NCBI GenBank assembly: GCA_965243025.1
Contig: CBDETY010000003.1
Coordinates: 5,472,001-5,536,000, forward strand
Direction of reading: 5' to 3'
DNA length: 64,000 nt
From: Candidatus Latescibacterota bacterium
Lineage (GTDB): Bacteria; Latescibacterota; UBA2968; UBA8231
The notes under the pieces were generated by a model. The model ran no database searches, was not told the origin of the DNA, and saw nothing but the letters and a program-made list of their open reading frames with translations. Below are positions 28,935-37,908 of the stretch, piece by piece. The position numbers and the translations under genes are program-made. Position 1 is the first letter of the stretch; each line of letters begins with the position of its first letter.

Positions 28935-29749
28935 CCGCCGCCTGTCTCGTTTTTCTCGGGGTGTCGCTGTGCTGCTACCTGGCGGCGGCCTTCCTGTATC
29001 ACGTGCGGCTGTTCTTCAACAAGCCGCAGCTCGACCGCTGGGGGCGAAATGTCCTGCTGGCGGGGGTGGCCGTCCACGCCGGGGGGGTGATTCTGCACCT
29101 GCTGCTTTCGGGCCAGCCCCCCTTCTCCAGCATGCTGCTGGTGATTTCCCTGCTGATCGTTCCCTTCGTGGGAGCCGGAATGGCGGTCGAGCAGTTCACG
29201 GGCGTTCGCCACCTCGGCCTGCTGCTGGCGCCGCTGGCGTTTCTCGGGCTGCTCTACCCGCTGCTGATGCCGGTGCAGTTCGACGGCGCCGAGTCGATGC
29301 TCCTGCGCTTTCCCTGGCTCGGTGTGCACGTCCTCGTCACCCTGCTGGGGGACGCCGGCTTCGCCCTGGCATTCTGCACCGCGGCGATCTACCTCGTCCA
29401 GTCCCGGCAGCTGAAAAGGGGCCGTCTCAATCGCTACCTGCCGGCCCTGGACACCGCCGGCAGGATCACGGACTACGCGGTTGGGTACGGCTTCTTCCTG
29501 TTTTCGGCGGGGCTTGCCATGGGCCTTGTCTGGCTGCTGGGAGCTCCGGGGGAGTTCCTCGGGCGGGGAGACCCCAAGATACTGATGGCGGTGCCGACGT
29601 GGCTTTCGTATGCCGCCTACCTGTACCTGCGCGGTGTTCGCCACCAGTACGGGAGCCGCCTGAAGTGGCTGGTGATCGCCGGCTTCCTGTTCGTGGTCGC
29701 CAATCTTCTCGGCGTGCGCCACGACTTCGCGGAGTCCCCGGACCTGTAA
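28931..29749 (+). CDS. ccsA: Cytochrome c assembly (CcsA/HemX-like) membrane protein
   Basis: About 8 TM helices; WLGVHV, LPALD and DPKI motifs; GTGA overlap with the hemA stop. Confidence 0.85.
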   Translation: MTAACLVFLGVSLCCYLAAAFLYHVRLFFNKPQLDRWGRNVLLAGVAVHAGGVILHLLLSGQPPFSSMLLVISLLIVPFVGAGMAVEQFTGVRHLGLLLAPLAFLGLLYPLLMPVQFDGAESMLLRFPWLGVHVLVTLLGDAGFALAFCTAAIYLVQSRQLKRGRLNRYLPALDTAGRITDYAVGYGFFLFSAGLAMGLVWLLGAPGEFLGRGDPKILMAVPTWLSYAAYLYLRGVRHQYGSRLKWLVIAGFLFVVANLLGVRHDFAESPDL

Positions 29750-29790
29750 GCGGGCCAACGGCACCCGGAAGGCCGGGTGACGACTTCCAT

Positions 29791-29847
29791 GCCCACGAAA
29801 TAGCGGACGGGCGTCCGAAATGCCGTGGATCTCCGATATTTCGTAGT
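29791..29847 (+). promoter_or_regulatory. Upstream activator sequence for a sigma54 bEBP (copy 1)
   Basis: Three quasi-palindromes CGAAATAGCG, CGAAATGCCG, CGATATTTCG; closely similar to 36488-36545. Confidence 0.7.
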
Positions 29848-29923
29848 CCTGCCTTCAAGACCCGGCTTTCTCTGAAAATTGCAACCTGTTGTTAATTAGT
29901 GGTTTTTATGATTTTTCATCGAT

Positions 29924-29939
29924 GGGCACGGAAGTTGCG
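29924..29939 (+). promoter_or_regulatory. Sigma54 -24/-12 promoter upstream of the kinase operon
   Basis: GGGCACGGAAGTTGCG versus consensus TGGCACGNNNNTTGCW; AT-rich IHF-like box at 29882-29910. Confidence 0.75.
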
Positions 29940-30093
29940 TTCCCCCGAGGAAGGGCTGTCGCCGCACCGCTGCGTAAATCGAAACTTCGACGCTCGATGG
30001 CAAGCGTTCGGACAATGAACGACTACCGCGATCTCTCCGAGTAGAGGAGATGGAACCACGAGAGAAGCAGGGCCCGGCCCTGGGGAGTCATCC

Positions 30094-33000
30094 GTGAATC
30101 AGAAGATCCGCAGGGACCTTGCCCTCCTGGCAACCGCCTTCGCCCTGGCCGGGGCGGCCGGCGCCAGCCCCCACCACGTCCTCGAGGTCGAGCGCTTCGC
30201 GGCCCCGCCCGTGCTTGACGGGGAGTTCACGGACTGGAGCGGCGCCCACTGGACCCGGTTCTATCCCGGCGCCCCGCAGATGTCGGGGTTCAACGAGCTG
30301 AAGGACGACGGCGTGCCGGAACCGCCCGGCACCGCCGCAACCGCGGCCGACCTGTCGGGCCGCTTCTCGATCCGCTGGGACGAAGACTGGATCTATCTCG
30401 CCGCCGACGTGACCGACAACGTCCACGACGTCTCCGGCGGCACCAGCCTGACCTGGTACCTGAAGGACGGGATAGCCCTGTACCTCGACGTCCCGGACGA
30501 CGGCGACGGCGGCGAGTGGATACCGGGAGACCATGCCTTCGCCTTCGTCGCCGATCCCTCCGGTCCTCAGGACGGGCGCTGGTGGCGGCGCGGGGAAGCG
30601 CGAGGAAGCGAGGAGTCCCCTGCTCCTCCGGAGACGCGCCTGGCGGTCGCCCTCAGCGAGACGGGATACCGCATCGAGGCGGCGGTTCCGATGGGGCCGC
30701 TGACGGAACGCACCCCGGAGTGGAGGCCCCCGTTCGCCGGGCGCTCGGCCGGTTTCTTCCTGCTCGCCGCCGACCCGGACGGAGGTGCGGAGAGGGTCAG
30801 CCAGATCCTGTACGGCGGGGACGACGACAACGACGCCAACTGGGCGACCCTGCGGTTCGTCGAGGAGCGCCGCCCTTCCCCGGAAAGCACCGGTCCGGGA
30901 CCCGTGCTCGGTCGCCTTGCCGTTCCCCTGTCGCCGGAACGCGCCGGGGAGTTCCCCGGGGAGTTCGACGCCGCCCTGCTTCCGCTCCTCGAGCGGCGCG
31001 GTTTTCAGGCGGTGGAGGGCCCGGCCGCCACCGGCGCGGATTCATGGTTCACCTGTTTCTTCACGGCTCCCGGCACCACCCAACTGCGGCAATGGTGGGC
31101 GGACCTCGAGACCGATCCGGCATGGATCGCCGCGAAGGTCGCCCTGGCACGGTACGGCGCCCGCGGAAACGGGCAGGATTCCTCTGCCGCCCCGCGGGCG
31201 CTGACCGCCTGGATGCACCTCTACTCCTCCCCCGCCGGCGAGGGGACCCTCAGGGAGCTGGGGCCGGGCAACCCCCGGAACATCGAGCCGGTCACCGTGC
31301 GCGCCGGCGCCGGCGTCCGCAGCGGAAACTGGTGGAACCTCTCAGTGCCGGACGGAGTTTCGCAGACCGGGGAGATCCTTCAGGACGAGGAGGGGGCCCT
31401 GTGGCTGGCGACGGATCTCGGGGTCAGCCGCTTCGACGGCGTCCACGTCACCGGATACGAGGTCTCGGAAATGCTGCACGACGGATTCGTCAACGGGATC
31501 CACCGCGACCGGAGGGGGAACCTCTGGGTGGCGCGCGGCATGCGGACCTCCGATGGAAAGGGGGGCGGGCTGAGCCGCTTCGACGGCGTCAGCTGGCGCG
31601 ACTTCCACGTCGAGGACGGGCTGCCGTACAACTACCACAGCGCCGTCGCCGAGGACGCGGCCGGCCGCCTGTGGTTCGCGGCCGGGCGGGGCGTGAGCAG
31701 CCTCGCGGGGAACCGCCTGACCAGCTATACCCCGGAACATGGGTTGCCCGCCCCGTTTGTGCTCGACCTGCTGTGCACCAGGGACGGGGCGGTGTGGTTG
31801 GCGACCGCCGGCGGGGTGTCCCGTTTCGACGGCTCCACCTTCACCAACTACACCGGGGCGGACGGCCTGCCCGGCGGCGTCCAGGCCATCGCCGAGGACA
31901 GCTCCGGCAGGTTGTGGGTGGCCGGGGACGGGGGGGTCGCATACCGGGACGGGGATGGGTTCCGCCGCTTCGAAACAGGCGGCCTCGAATGGGTCACCGC
32001 GGTCGAGGAGGACCGCTTCGGCAACCTGTGGTTCGCATCGAAGGCCGGTCTGCATCGATACGACGGGGAGGTGGTGCGGTCCATGGGAAAGGAAGACGGC
32101 CTGCTGAACCCCTTCCTCTACTCCGTCATGGAAGACAGGGAGGGCAACCTGTGGGTGGGAACCCACGAAGGCCTTAGCCGGTATGACGGGGAACTGGTGA
32201 AAACCTTTTCCGCGGCCGACGGACTTCCCTCCGACCTCGTGATCAGGATGGAGGAGGATCCGCAGGGGCGGATCTGTCTGGCGACCCTGGGAGACGGACT
32301 GGTGCGCTTCGACGGCCGCAGGTTCGAGACCTTCACCACCGCCGACGGCCTGCCGAGCGACACGCTTCTCGCCCTGATGACGGACCGGTCCGGGACCCTC
32401 TGGGTCGGCACCATGGCCGGCCTCGCCGCCTTCGACGGCGCCTCGTTCCGCGCCTTCACGACCGCCGACGGGCTCTCGGACAACGAGATCTGGCGCATCG
32501 CCGAGGACCCCGGCGGGAAGATCTGGGTCAACACCCGCTGGGGCGTGAACTACAGCGACGGCGAGCGCTTCAGGCCCCTCGAAGGGAGGTCGCTGCCCGG
32601 CAAGCTGCAGCTGATTGAGGGAGGTTTCGCCGACGCCGGGGGAAACCTCTGGTTCACCGGGCAACAGCAGGGCCAGGGCGGGCTGTTCCGCTTCGACGGG
32701 AAGGTATTCCGCAAGTTTCCCCTCGCCGGCAGCTTCGCCGACTCGCCGCTGGCCATGCTGGCCGACGAAGGGGGCCTGTGGCTGGGCACGGGGAACGGCC
32801 TCGTGCGCTTCGACGGCGAGAGCTTCGAGACCTGGACGACCCGCGACGGCCTGACCGGCAAAAGCATCCACGCCATGACCCGGGACGGGGCCGGCCATCT
32901 CTGGCTGGCCTCGTTCGGAGGGGGGATCGACCGCTTCGACGGCGAGGTCTTTCAGAACCTCCACCGTCCCGACGGCCTGCCGAGGGACTCGGCGAACGGC

Positions 33001-34890
33001 ATCCTCGTGGCCGGGGACGGCTCGGTCTGGATCGCGACGCTGAACGGCATCACCCGCTACCGCCCGGGGCGCCTGCCTCCGCCGGTCCGCATCACCGAGG
33101 TCGTCGCCGACCGGTCCTACCGGCCGGAAGAGGAGATATCCGTGCCCTCGTCGCAGGAGCTGATCGCGTTCGAATTCCGGGGCACGAGCCTCAGGGGACG
33201 GCCCGACCGCATCCTCTACCTGTACCGCCTGCTCGGCCGCGAGCAGGAGTGGCGGCAGACGCGGGAGACCCGGGTCGAGTACGCCGGCCTGCCCCGGGGG
33301 GACTACACCTTCGAGGTGGTGGCCGTCGACGCCGACCTCAACCGCTCCCGGAACCCGGCGGCGGCCGCCCTCGAGGTGCGGTTTCCCTACGACCAGCTGG
33401 CGTGGATCCTGTCGATCGGCGCCGGACTTCTCCTGGTTGCGGGGTTCACCCTTGTCCATTTCCGCAACTATCACCGCCTCGAGGAGGCGCGCACCGCGGC
33501 CGAGGCCGCCAACGAGGCCAAGAGCGCCTTCCTCGCCAACATGAGCCACGAGCTGCGGACCCCCCTCAACGGCATCCTCGGCTACGCGCAGATCCTCGGC
33601 CGGGACCGCGGGCTTTCGCGCCCACAGCGGGAGGGGGTCGACACCATCCGGCGCTCCGGAGAGCACCTGCTGACCCTGATCGACGACATCCTCGACCTGT
33701 CGAGGATCGAGGCCCACAAGCTCGAGCTGGAAACCGGGGAGTTCGACCTGGGGGAATTCGTCGAGACCCTGGCGGACCCGGTGCGCATGCGCGCCGGGCA
33801 GAAAGGGCTGGAGTTCACGTGCCGGCTCGACCCCGGCCTGCCGGCGGGGGTCAGGGGGGACGAGCGCAGGCTCAGGCAGATCCTTCTCAACCTGCTGGGC
33901 AACGCCGTGAAGTTCACGGACGAGGGATCGGTGCGACTCGCGGTGGAGCGCGGCGCCGCCGGCGACGGGCGCGTCCGCTTCAGCATCGAGGATACCGGGG
34001 TGGGGATACCGGAGAGCGCGCGGGAGAAGATCTTCCAGCCGTTCGAGCAGCTGACCGAGCCGGGAGCCGTGGTCGAGGGCACGGGGTTGGGGCTGGCGAT
34101 TACCAGGGAGCTGGTCGAGCTGATGGGGGGCGGGCTCGAGGTGGAGAGCCGGGCGGGGAAGGGAAGCACCTTCAGGGTGGACCTGCCCCTGGCCGCGGTC
34201 CCGGGGTGGGAGCCGGCGGAGAGGGGACCCGAGGCGGCTCCCACCGGGTACAACGGGAAACGCCTGAAGATCCTGGTCGCCGATGACCGTTCGGAGAACC
34301 GGGTCCTGCTGGCGAACATGCTGCAGCCGCTGGGATTCGAGGTGGTCGAGGCAGCGGACGGCGAAGAGTGCCTCGCCAGGCTCGGGGATAACCGCATCGA
34401 CCTGCTGCTGGTCGACCTCGTCATGCCCGGAGTCGACGGCTTCGAGGTCGCGCGGCGGGTGCGAGCTTCGGAGGAATGGCGCCACCTGCCGGTCATCGCC
34501 GTCTCGGCCAGCGTCTACGAGGAGCACCAGCAGCAGAGCGTGGAGGCCGGGTGCAGCGACTTTCTCGCCAAGCCCGTCGACGAGCGGCTGTTGTGGAAAA
34601 AGCTCGGGGAGCACCTCGGTCTCGAATGGACCGGCGCCAGGGAGAAGGAAGTGGAGGGCGCATCCGAAGGGGTGGTCGCCCCGCCCGGGGAGGAGGCGGC
34701 CGCGCTCCGCGAGGCGGCCCGCAGGGGAGACATCGTCACCGTGCGCGCCGAAATCGACCGGATCGCCGCACTGGGAGGCGAGTACGCCGCTTTTGCGCAA
34801 AGGGCGGGTGAAATGGCGCGGAACTTCGACCTCAGCGGAATCGTCGAGATGGTCGATTGCGCAAACCCGAAACAGGACTCGGTCTCGTGA
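30094..34890 (+). CDS. Hybrid sensor histidine kinase: CBM9/DOMON-like domain, Reg_prop propellers, Y_Y_Y, TM, HisKA, HATPase, REC
   Basis: Signal peptide; [11 protein letters not shown]...[15 protein letters not shown]; [14 protein letters not shown]; [10 protein letters not shown]; GTGLGL; LVDLVMP. Confidence 0.95.
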   Translation: MNQKIRRDLALLATAFALAGAAGASPHHVLEVERFAAPPVLDGEFTDWSGAHWTRFYPGAPQMSGFNELKDDGVPEPPGTAATAADLSGRFSIRWDEDWIYLAADVTDNVHDVSGGTSLTWYLKDGIALYLDVPDDGDGGEWIPGDHAFAFVADPSGPQDGRWWRRGEARGSEESPAPPETRLAVALSETGYRIEAAVPMGPLTERTPEWRPPFAGRSAGFFLLAADPDGGAERVSQILYGGDDDNDANWATLRFVEERRPSPESTGPGPVLGRLAVPLSPERAGEFPGEFDAALLPLLERRGFQAVEGPAATGADSWFTCFFTAPGTTQLRQWWADLETDPAWIAAKVALARYGARGNGQDSSAAPRALTAWMHLYSSPAGEGTLRELGPGNPRNIEPVTVRAGAGVRSGNWWNLSVPDGVSQTGEILQDEEGALWLATDLGVSRFDGVHVTGYEVSEMLHDGFVNGIHRDRRGNLWVARGMRTSDGKGGGLSRFDGVSWRDFHVEDGLPYNYHSAVAEDAAGRLWFAAGRGVSSLAGNRLTSYTPEHGLPAPFVLDLLCTRDGAVWLATAGGVSRFDGSTFTNYTGADGLPGGVQAIAEDSSGRLWVAGDGGVAYRDGDGFRRFETGGLEWVTAVEEDRFGNLWFASKAGLHRYDGEVVRSMGKEDGLLNPFLYSVMEDREGNLWVGTHEGLSRYDGELVKTFSAADGLPSDLVIRMEEDPQGRICLATLGDGLVRFDGRRFETFTTADGLPSDTLLALMTDRSGTLWVGTMAGLAAFDGASFRAFTTADGLSDNEIWRIAEDPGGKIWVNTRWGVNYSDGERFRPLEGRSLPGKLQLIEGGFADAGGNLWFTGQQQGQGGLFRFDGKVFRKFPLAGSFADSPLAMLADEGGLWLGTGNGLVRFDGESFETWTTRDGLTGKSIHAMTRDGAGHLWLASFGGGIDRFDGEVFQNLHRPDGLPRDSANGILVAGDGSVWIATLNGITRYRPGRLPPPVRITEVVADRSYRPEEEISVPSSQELIAFEFRGTSLRGRPDRILYLYRLLGREQEWRQTRETRVEYAGLPRGDYTFEVVAVDADLNRSRNPAAAALEVRFPYDQLAWILSIGAGLLLVAGFTLVHFRNYHRLEEARTAAEAANEAKSAFLANMSHELRTPLNGILGYAQILGRDRGLSRPQREGVDTIRRSGEHLLTLIDDILDLSRIEAHKLELETGEFDLGEFVETLADPVRMRAGQKGLEFTCRLDPGLPAGVRGDERRLRQILLNLLGNAVKFTDEGSVRLAVERGAAGDGRVRFSIEDTGVGIPESAREKIFQPFEQLTEPGAVVEGTGLGLAITRELVELMGGGLEVESRAGKGSTFRVDLPLAAVPGWEPAERGPEAAPTGYNGKRLKILVADDRSENRVLLANMLQPLGFEVVEAADGEECLARLGDNRIDLLLVDLVMPGVDGFEVARRVRASEEWRHLPVIAVSASVYEEHQQQSVEAGCSDFLAKPVDERLLWKKLGEHLGLEWTGAREKEVEGASEGVVAPPGEEAAALREAARRGDIVTVRAEIDRIAALGGEYAAFAQRAGEMARNFDLSGIVEMVDCANPKQDSVS

Positions 34891-36500
34891 CGGATACAGG
34901 CAGCCCCGGTTCTGCGGCGACGGTCCTGGTGGTCGACGACACCCCGGCCAACCTCGAGGTCCTGGTGAGCGCCCTGTCGCATGCGGGCTTCGGGATCCTC
35001 GTCGCCACCAACGGCGGCGAAGCCCTGGAGCGGGCCCGAGGGGAGGAGGTCGACCTCATCCTGCTCGACGTGATGATGCCGGGGATCGACGGCTTCGAGA
35101 CCTGCGCGAGACTGAAACAGGAACCCCGCACCCGCGACATCCCCGTGATTTTCATGACCGCCCTGACAGATACCGCCGACAAGGTGAAGGGATTTTCCGC
35201 CGGCGCCGTCGATTACGTCACCAAGCCGATCCGGCACGAGGAGGTGCTCGCCCGCGTCGAGACCCACCTCGCCCTGCGCCGGCTGCAGCGGGAGCTCGAG
35301 GAGGGGAACCGGCGCCTGAGCGCCGAGGTGGAGGAACGGCGCAAGGCGCAGGCCGCCCTCCGGGAGCTCAACGAGTCGCTGGAGCGGCGGGTCGCCGAGC
35401 GCACCGCCGAGCTCGAGTCCGCCCTCGCCGAGGTGGAGCGGCTCAGGAGCCGGCTCGAAGTCGAGAACAAATACCTGCAGGAAGAGATCGGCCTCGCCCA
35501 CGATTTCCAGGGGATCATCAGCAACAGCGAGAGCTTCCGCGGGGTGCTGTCCGAGGTGGAGCAGGTCGCCGACACAGGGGCCACCGTCCTGATCCTCGGC
35601 GAGACCGGCACCGGCAAGGAGCTGCTGGCCCGCGCCGTCCACGACATCAGCCGCCGGCGCGAGCGCCCGCTCGTCAAGGTGAACTGCGCGGCGCTGGCGG
35701 AGAACCTGATCGAGAGCGAGCTCTTCGGGCACGAGAAGGGGGCCTTCACCGGGGCGGCCGCGCGCAAGGTCGGGCGCTTCGAGCTCGCCGACGGCGGCAC
35801 CCTCTTCCTAGACGAGGTGGGGGAGCTGCCGCACGACCTGCAGGCCAAGATGCTGCGGGTGCTGCAGGAAGGGGAGTTCGAGCGCCTCGGCGGCACCGAG
35901 ACGCTCAGGGTCGACGTGCGCGTGATCGCCGCCACCAACCGCGACCTCGAGGGCGATGTCGAGGAGGGCCGGTTCCGACGGGACCTGTTCTACCGGCTCA
36001 ACGTATTCCCGATCCGCAGCCTGCCGCTGCGCGAGCGCAGGGAGGACATCCCCCTGCTGGTCCGGCACTTCGTCGGGAAGTTCTCGGCGGAGACCGGCAG
36101 GGAGGTGCACTCGGTCCCCGGGGAGGTGATGGAGCGGCTGATCGCCTACGACTGGCCCGGCAACGTGCGCGAGCTGGAGAACGTCGTCGAGAGGGCCCTC
36201 ATCGTCAGCCGCGGCGGCCAGCTGCGGCTGGGGGACTGGTTCGCGGCCGGCAAGGCGGAGCCGCTGCCCGGCTCGGCAGCGCAACCGGCGCCGGGCGGGA
36301 GCGCCCCGGGGGCTGCGGGGGAGGTCGCGACCCTGGAGGAGAACGAGCGCCGCCACATCCTCGAGGTGCTCGAGCTGACGGGCTGGCGCATCCGCGGAGC
36401 CGGCGGGGCCGCCGAGAGACTCGACGTCAAGCCGACGACCCTCGAGTCCCGCATGAAGAGGCTGAACATCGAGCGCAGCCCCCCCCGGCCCACGGAATAG
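34887..36500 (+). CDS. Sigma54-dependent response regulator (REC-AAA+-HTH, FhlA/NtrC-like)
   Basis: LVVDD/LLDVMMP receiver, [58 protein letters not shown]; GTGA overlap with the kinase stop. Confidence 0.96.
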   Translation: MTDTGSPGSAATVLVVDDTPANLEVLVSALSHAGFGILVATNGGEALERARGEEVDLILLDVMMPGIDGFETCARLKQEPRTRDIPVIFMTALTDTADKVKGFSAGAVDYVTKPIRHEEVLARVETHLALRRLQRELEEGNRRLSAEVEERRKAQAALRELNESLERRVAERTAELESALAEVERLRSRLEVENKYLQEEIGLAHDFQGIISNSESFRGVLSEVEQVADTGATVLILGETGTGKELLARAVHDISRRRERPLVKVNCAALAENLIESELFGHEKGAFTGAAARKVGRFELADGGTLFLDEVGELPHDLQAKMLRVLQEGEFERLGGTETLRVDVRVIAATNRDLEGDVEEGRFRRDLFYRLNVFPIRSLPLRERREDIPLLVRHFVGKFSAETGREVHSVPGEVMERLIAYDWPGNVRELENVVERALIVSRGGQLRLGDWFAAGKAEPLPGSAAQPAPGGSAPGAAGEVATLEENERRHILEVLELTGWRIRGAGGAAERLDVKPTTLESRMKRLNIERSPPRPTE

Positions 36501-36545
36501 CGGACCCGGGGTCCGAAATATCGGGGGCCTCCGGTATTTCGCAGT
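36488..36545 (+). promoter_or_regulatory. Upstream activator sequence for a sigma54 bEBP (copy 2)
   Basis: CGGAATAGCG, CGAAATATCG, CGGTATTTCG at nearly the same spacing as copy 1; overlaps the regulator stop codon. Confidence 0.72.
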
Positions 36546-36719
36546 TTACCCCCCGAACCGCCAGATTCGGTTCTAACTCCTGAATTGACAGCAGGTTAAG
36601 AAGAATAATCCCGAAGGGGCGAGCCGAATCGCCGCCCTGCGAAGCCAGGGGTCAATTTTCTATAACCTGCTGTTTTTTAAATAACATGTGTCAATTCAAC
36701 GACAGCGTTGGAAGGGCGG

Positions 36720-36735
36720 TGGCACACCGGTTGCA
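36720..36735 (+). promoter_or_regulatory. Sigma54 -24/-12 promoter
   Basis: TGGCACACCGGTTGCA, near-perfect consensus. Confidence 0.85.
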
Positions 36736-36799
36736 ATACCTGGGGCAGTCACCTTAAACCCCGCGATCCGGAAGGATCGCAAACCAAAGGAGACGCACC

Positions 36800-36898
36800 A
36801 TGAAAGCCCGTTACTTCGCATCCGGAATCGCCCTCTTCGTCGTCAGCATCACCTGGGTCTTCGGCGCGTTTCACTACGTCGCCAGCATTACCGCCTAG
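36800..36898 (+). CDS. 32-aa single-pass membrane peptide MKARYFASGIALFVVSITWVFGAFHYVASITA
   Basis: AAGGAG RBS 7 nt upstream, ATG..TAG, GC-ending codons, located between a sigma54 promoter and a terminator; below the ORF-track cut-off. Confidence 0.75.
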   Translation: MKARYFASGIALFVVSITWVFGAFHYVASITA

Positions 36899-36925
36899 CA
36901 GCAGCGTCCAAAGAGGGAAGCGGCC

Positions 36926-36980
36926 AGGCGCCCGGTGTCTGCGAGACCGATGTCTCCGGCACCGGGCGCCTTTTGTTTTT
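36926..36980 (+). terminator. Intrinsic terminator
   Basis: AGGCGCCCGGTGTC...GGCACCGGGCGCCT followed by TTTGTTTT. Confidence 0.8.
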
Positions 36981-37037
36981 GGGGCAAGTCCACCAGAACG
37001 GTCCCGGCCGGTCTCGCCAAGCGCGTTTCTGTCCTGG

Positions 37038-37904
37038 TCAGGGCCCTTTCTCTTCCACGATTTGCAGTTCGGCAGTGTCCACTTCGCTGGCTCCGAAATA
37101 TCCCAACGCGTATCTCTGGGGATTGGTCAGATTCTCCACGTTGCCCCTGATCAACGACGCAGGCGTGGGGAAGAGGGGATTTTGCCCTGTTTCCTCGAAG
37201 AGCAGGAAGTAGTATTGGAAGGCCTCTTTCGATAAGGAGAGCTGTCTCACGAGGATCACCTGATCCGATTTTACCGTGGCTTCCTGGTTGGGTTCAAAAC
37301 CGATGACCTTCTCTCCGTCAAAAAGCTCATCCGATCCCACGAAGTTGAGCGAATTGCCAGCATCGGGCTCTGCCTGCCGTACGCCGTCCGCGAACTGCTC
37401 CCACAAATAGTAATCTTCGCGGCCCGGGACGTCCTGATAGTCGATCTTTACCCGGATGCCTCCGTCCTCGAAGGGATTGGCCTTCTCGAATTGCTGGTAG
37501 ATGGAGTCGATGGGCGCGACGGGAAGCAGTGTTTCGACGGCTCGATAGGATTCGCCGTCAAGGTCGATCTCAAGGGTGTAGGTCCTGCCGACTTCCGGCC
37601 GCATGTCCCTGTTTTCGTAGATGCCGGGTTGGCGCGAGGACTCGGCGAAGAGGTAGGCGGCGCCCTCGTCGTCGTGCACGACCACCTCTGCTCCGCTGAC
37701 CGCAGGTGTGGCTTCATTGCTGAAATAGGGGGCCGTGGTAGACAACCTGATCGACTGCGCGGCTTCGGGATCATCCTGGTGGCGCTCGATGCGGCCTTCG
37801 ACGACGAGTCGTTCCGGTCCTTCTTCAACATCGATATCGACCACTCTCTCACATCCCATGAGCATGGGGACTGACAGCCAGACGGCGATTGGTATGGTTT
37901 TCAT
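37038..37904 (-). CDS. DUF4249-family lipoprotein
   Basis: Lipobox LMGC-ERVVDIDV, RLVVEG, LSLSKEAFQYY, IRGNVEN, ALGYF; follows a TonB receptor as is typical. Confidence 0.88.
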   Translation of the reverse strand: MKTIPIAVWLSVPMLMGCERVVDIDVEEGPERLVVEGRIERHQDDPEAAQSIRLSTTAPYFSNEATPAVSGAEVVVHDDEGAAYLFAESSRQPGIYENRDMRPEVGRTYTLEIDLDGESYRAVETLLPVAPIDSIYQQFEKANPFEDGGIRVKIDYQDVPGREDYYLWEQFADGVRQAEPDAGNSLNFVGSDELFDGEKVIGFEPNQEATVKSDQVILVRQLSLSKEAFQYYFLLFEETGQNPLFPTPASLIRGNVENLTNPQRYALGYFGASEVDTAELQIVEEKGP

Positions 37905-37908
37905 TTTT

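Noticed and set aside
29997-30097. Two tiny ORFs ([30 protein letters not shown]) in the kinase leader
   Set aside because: RBS absent or badly spaced and no distinctive composition; cannot be supported
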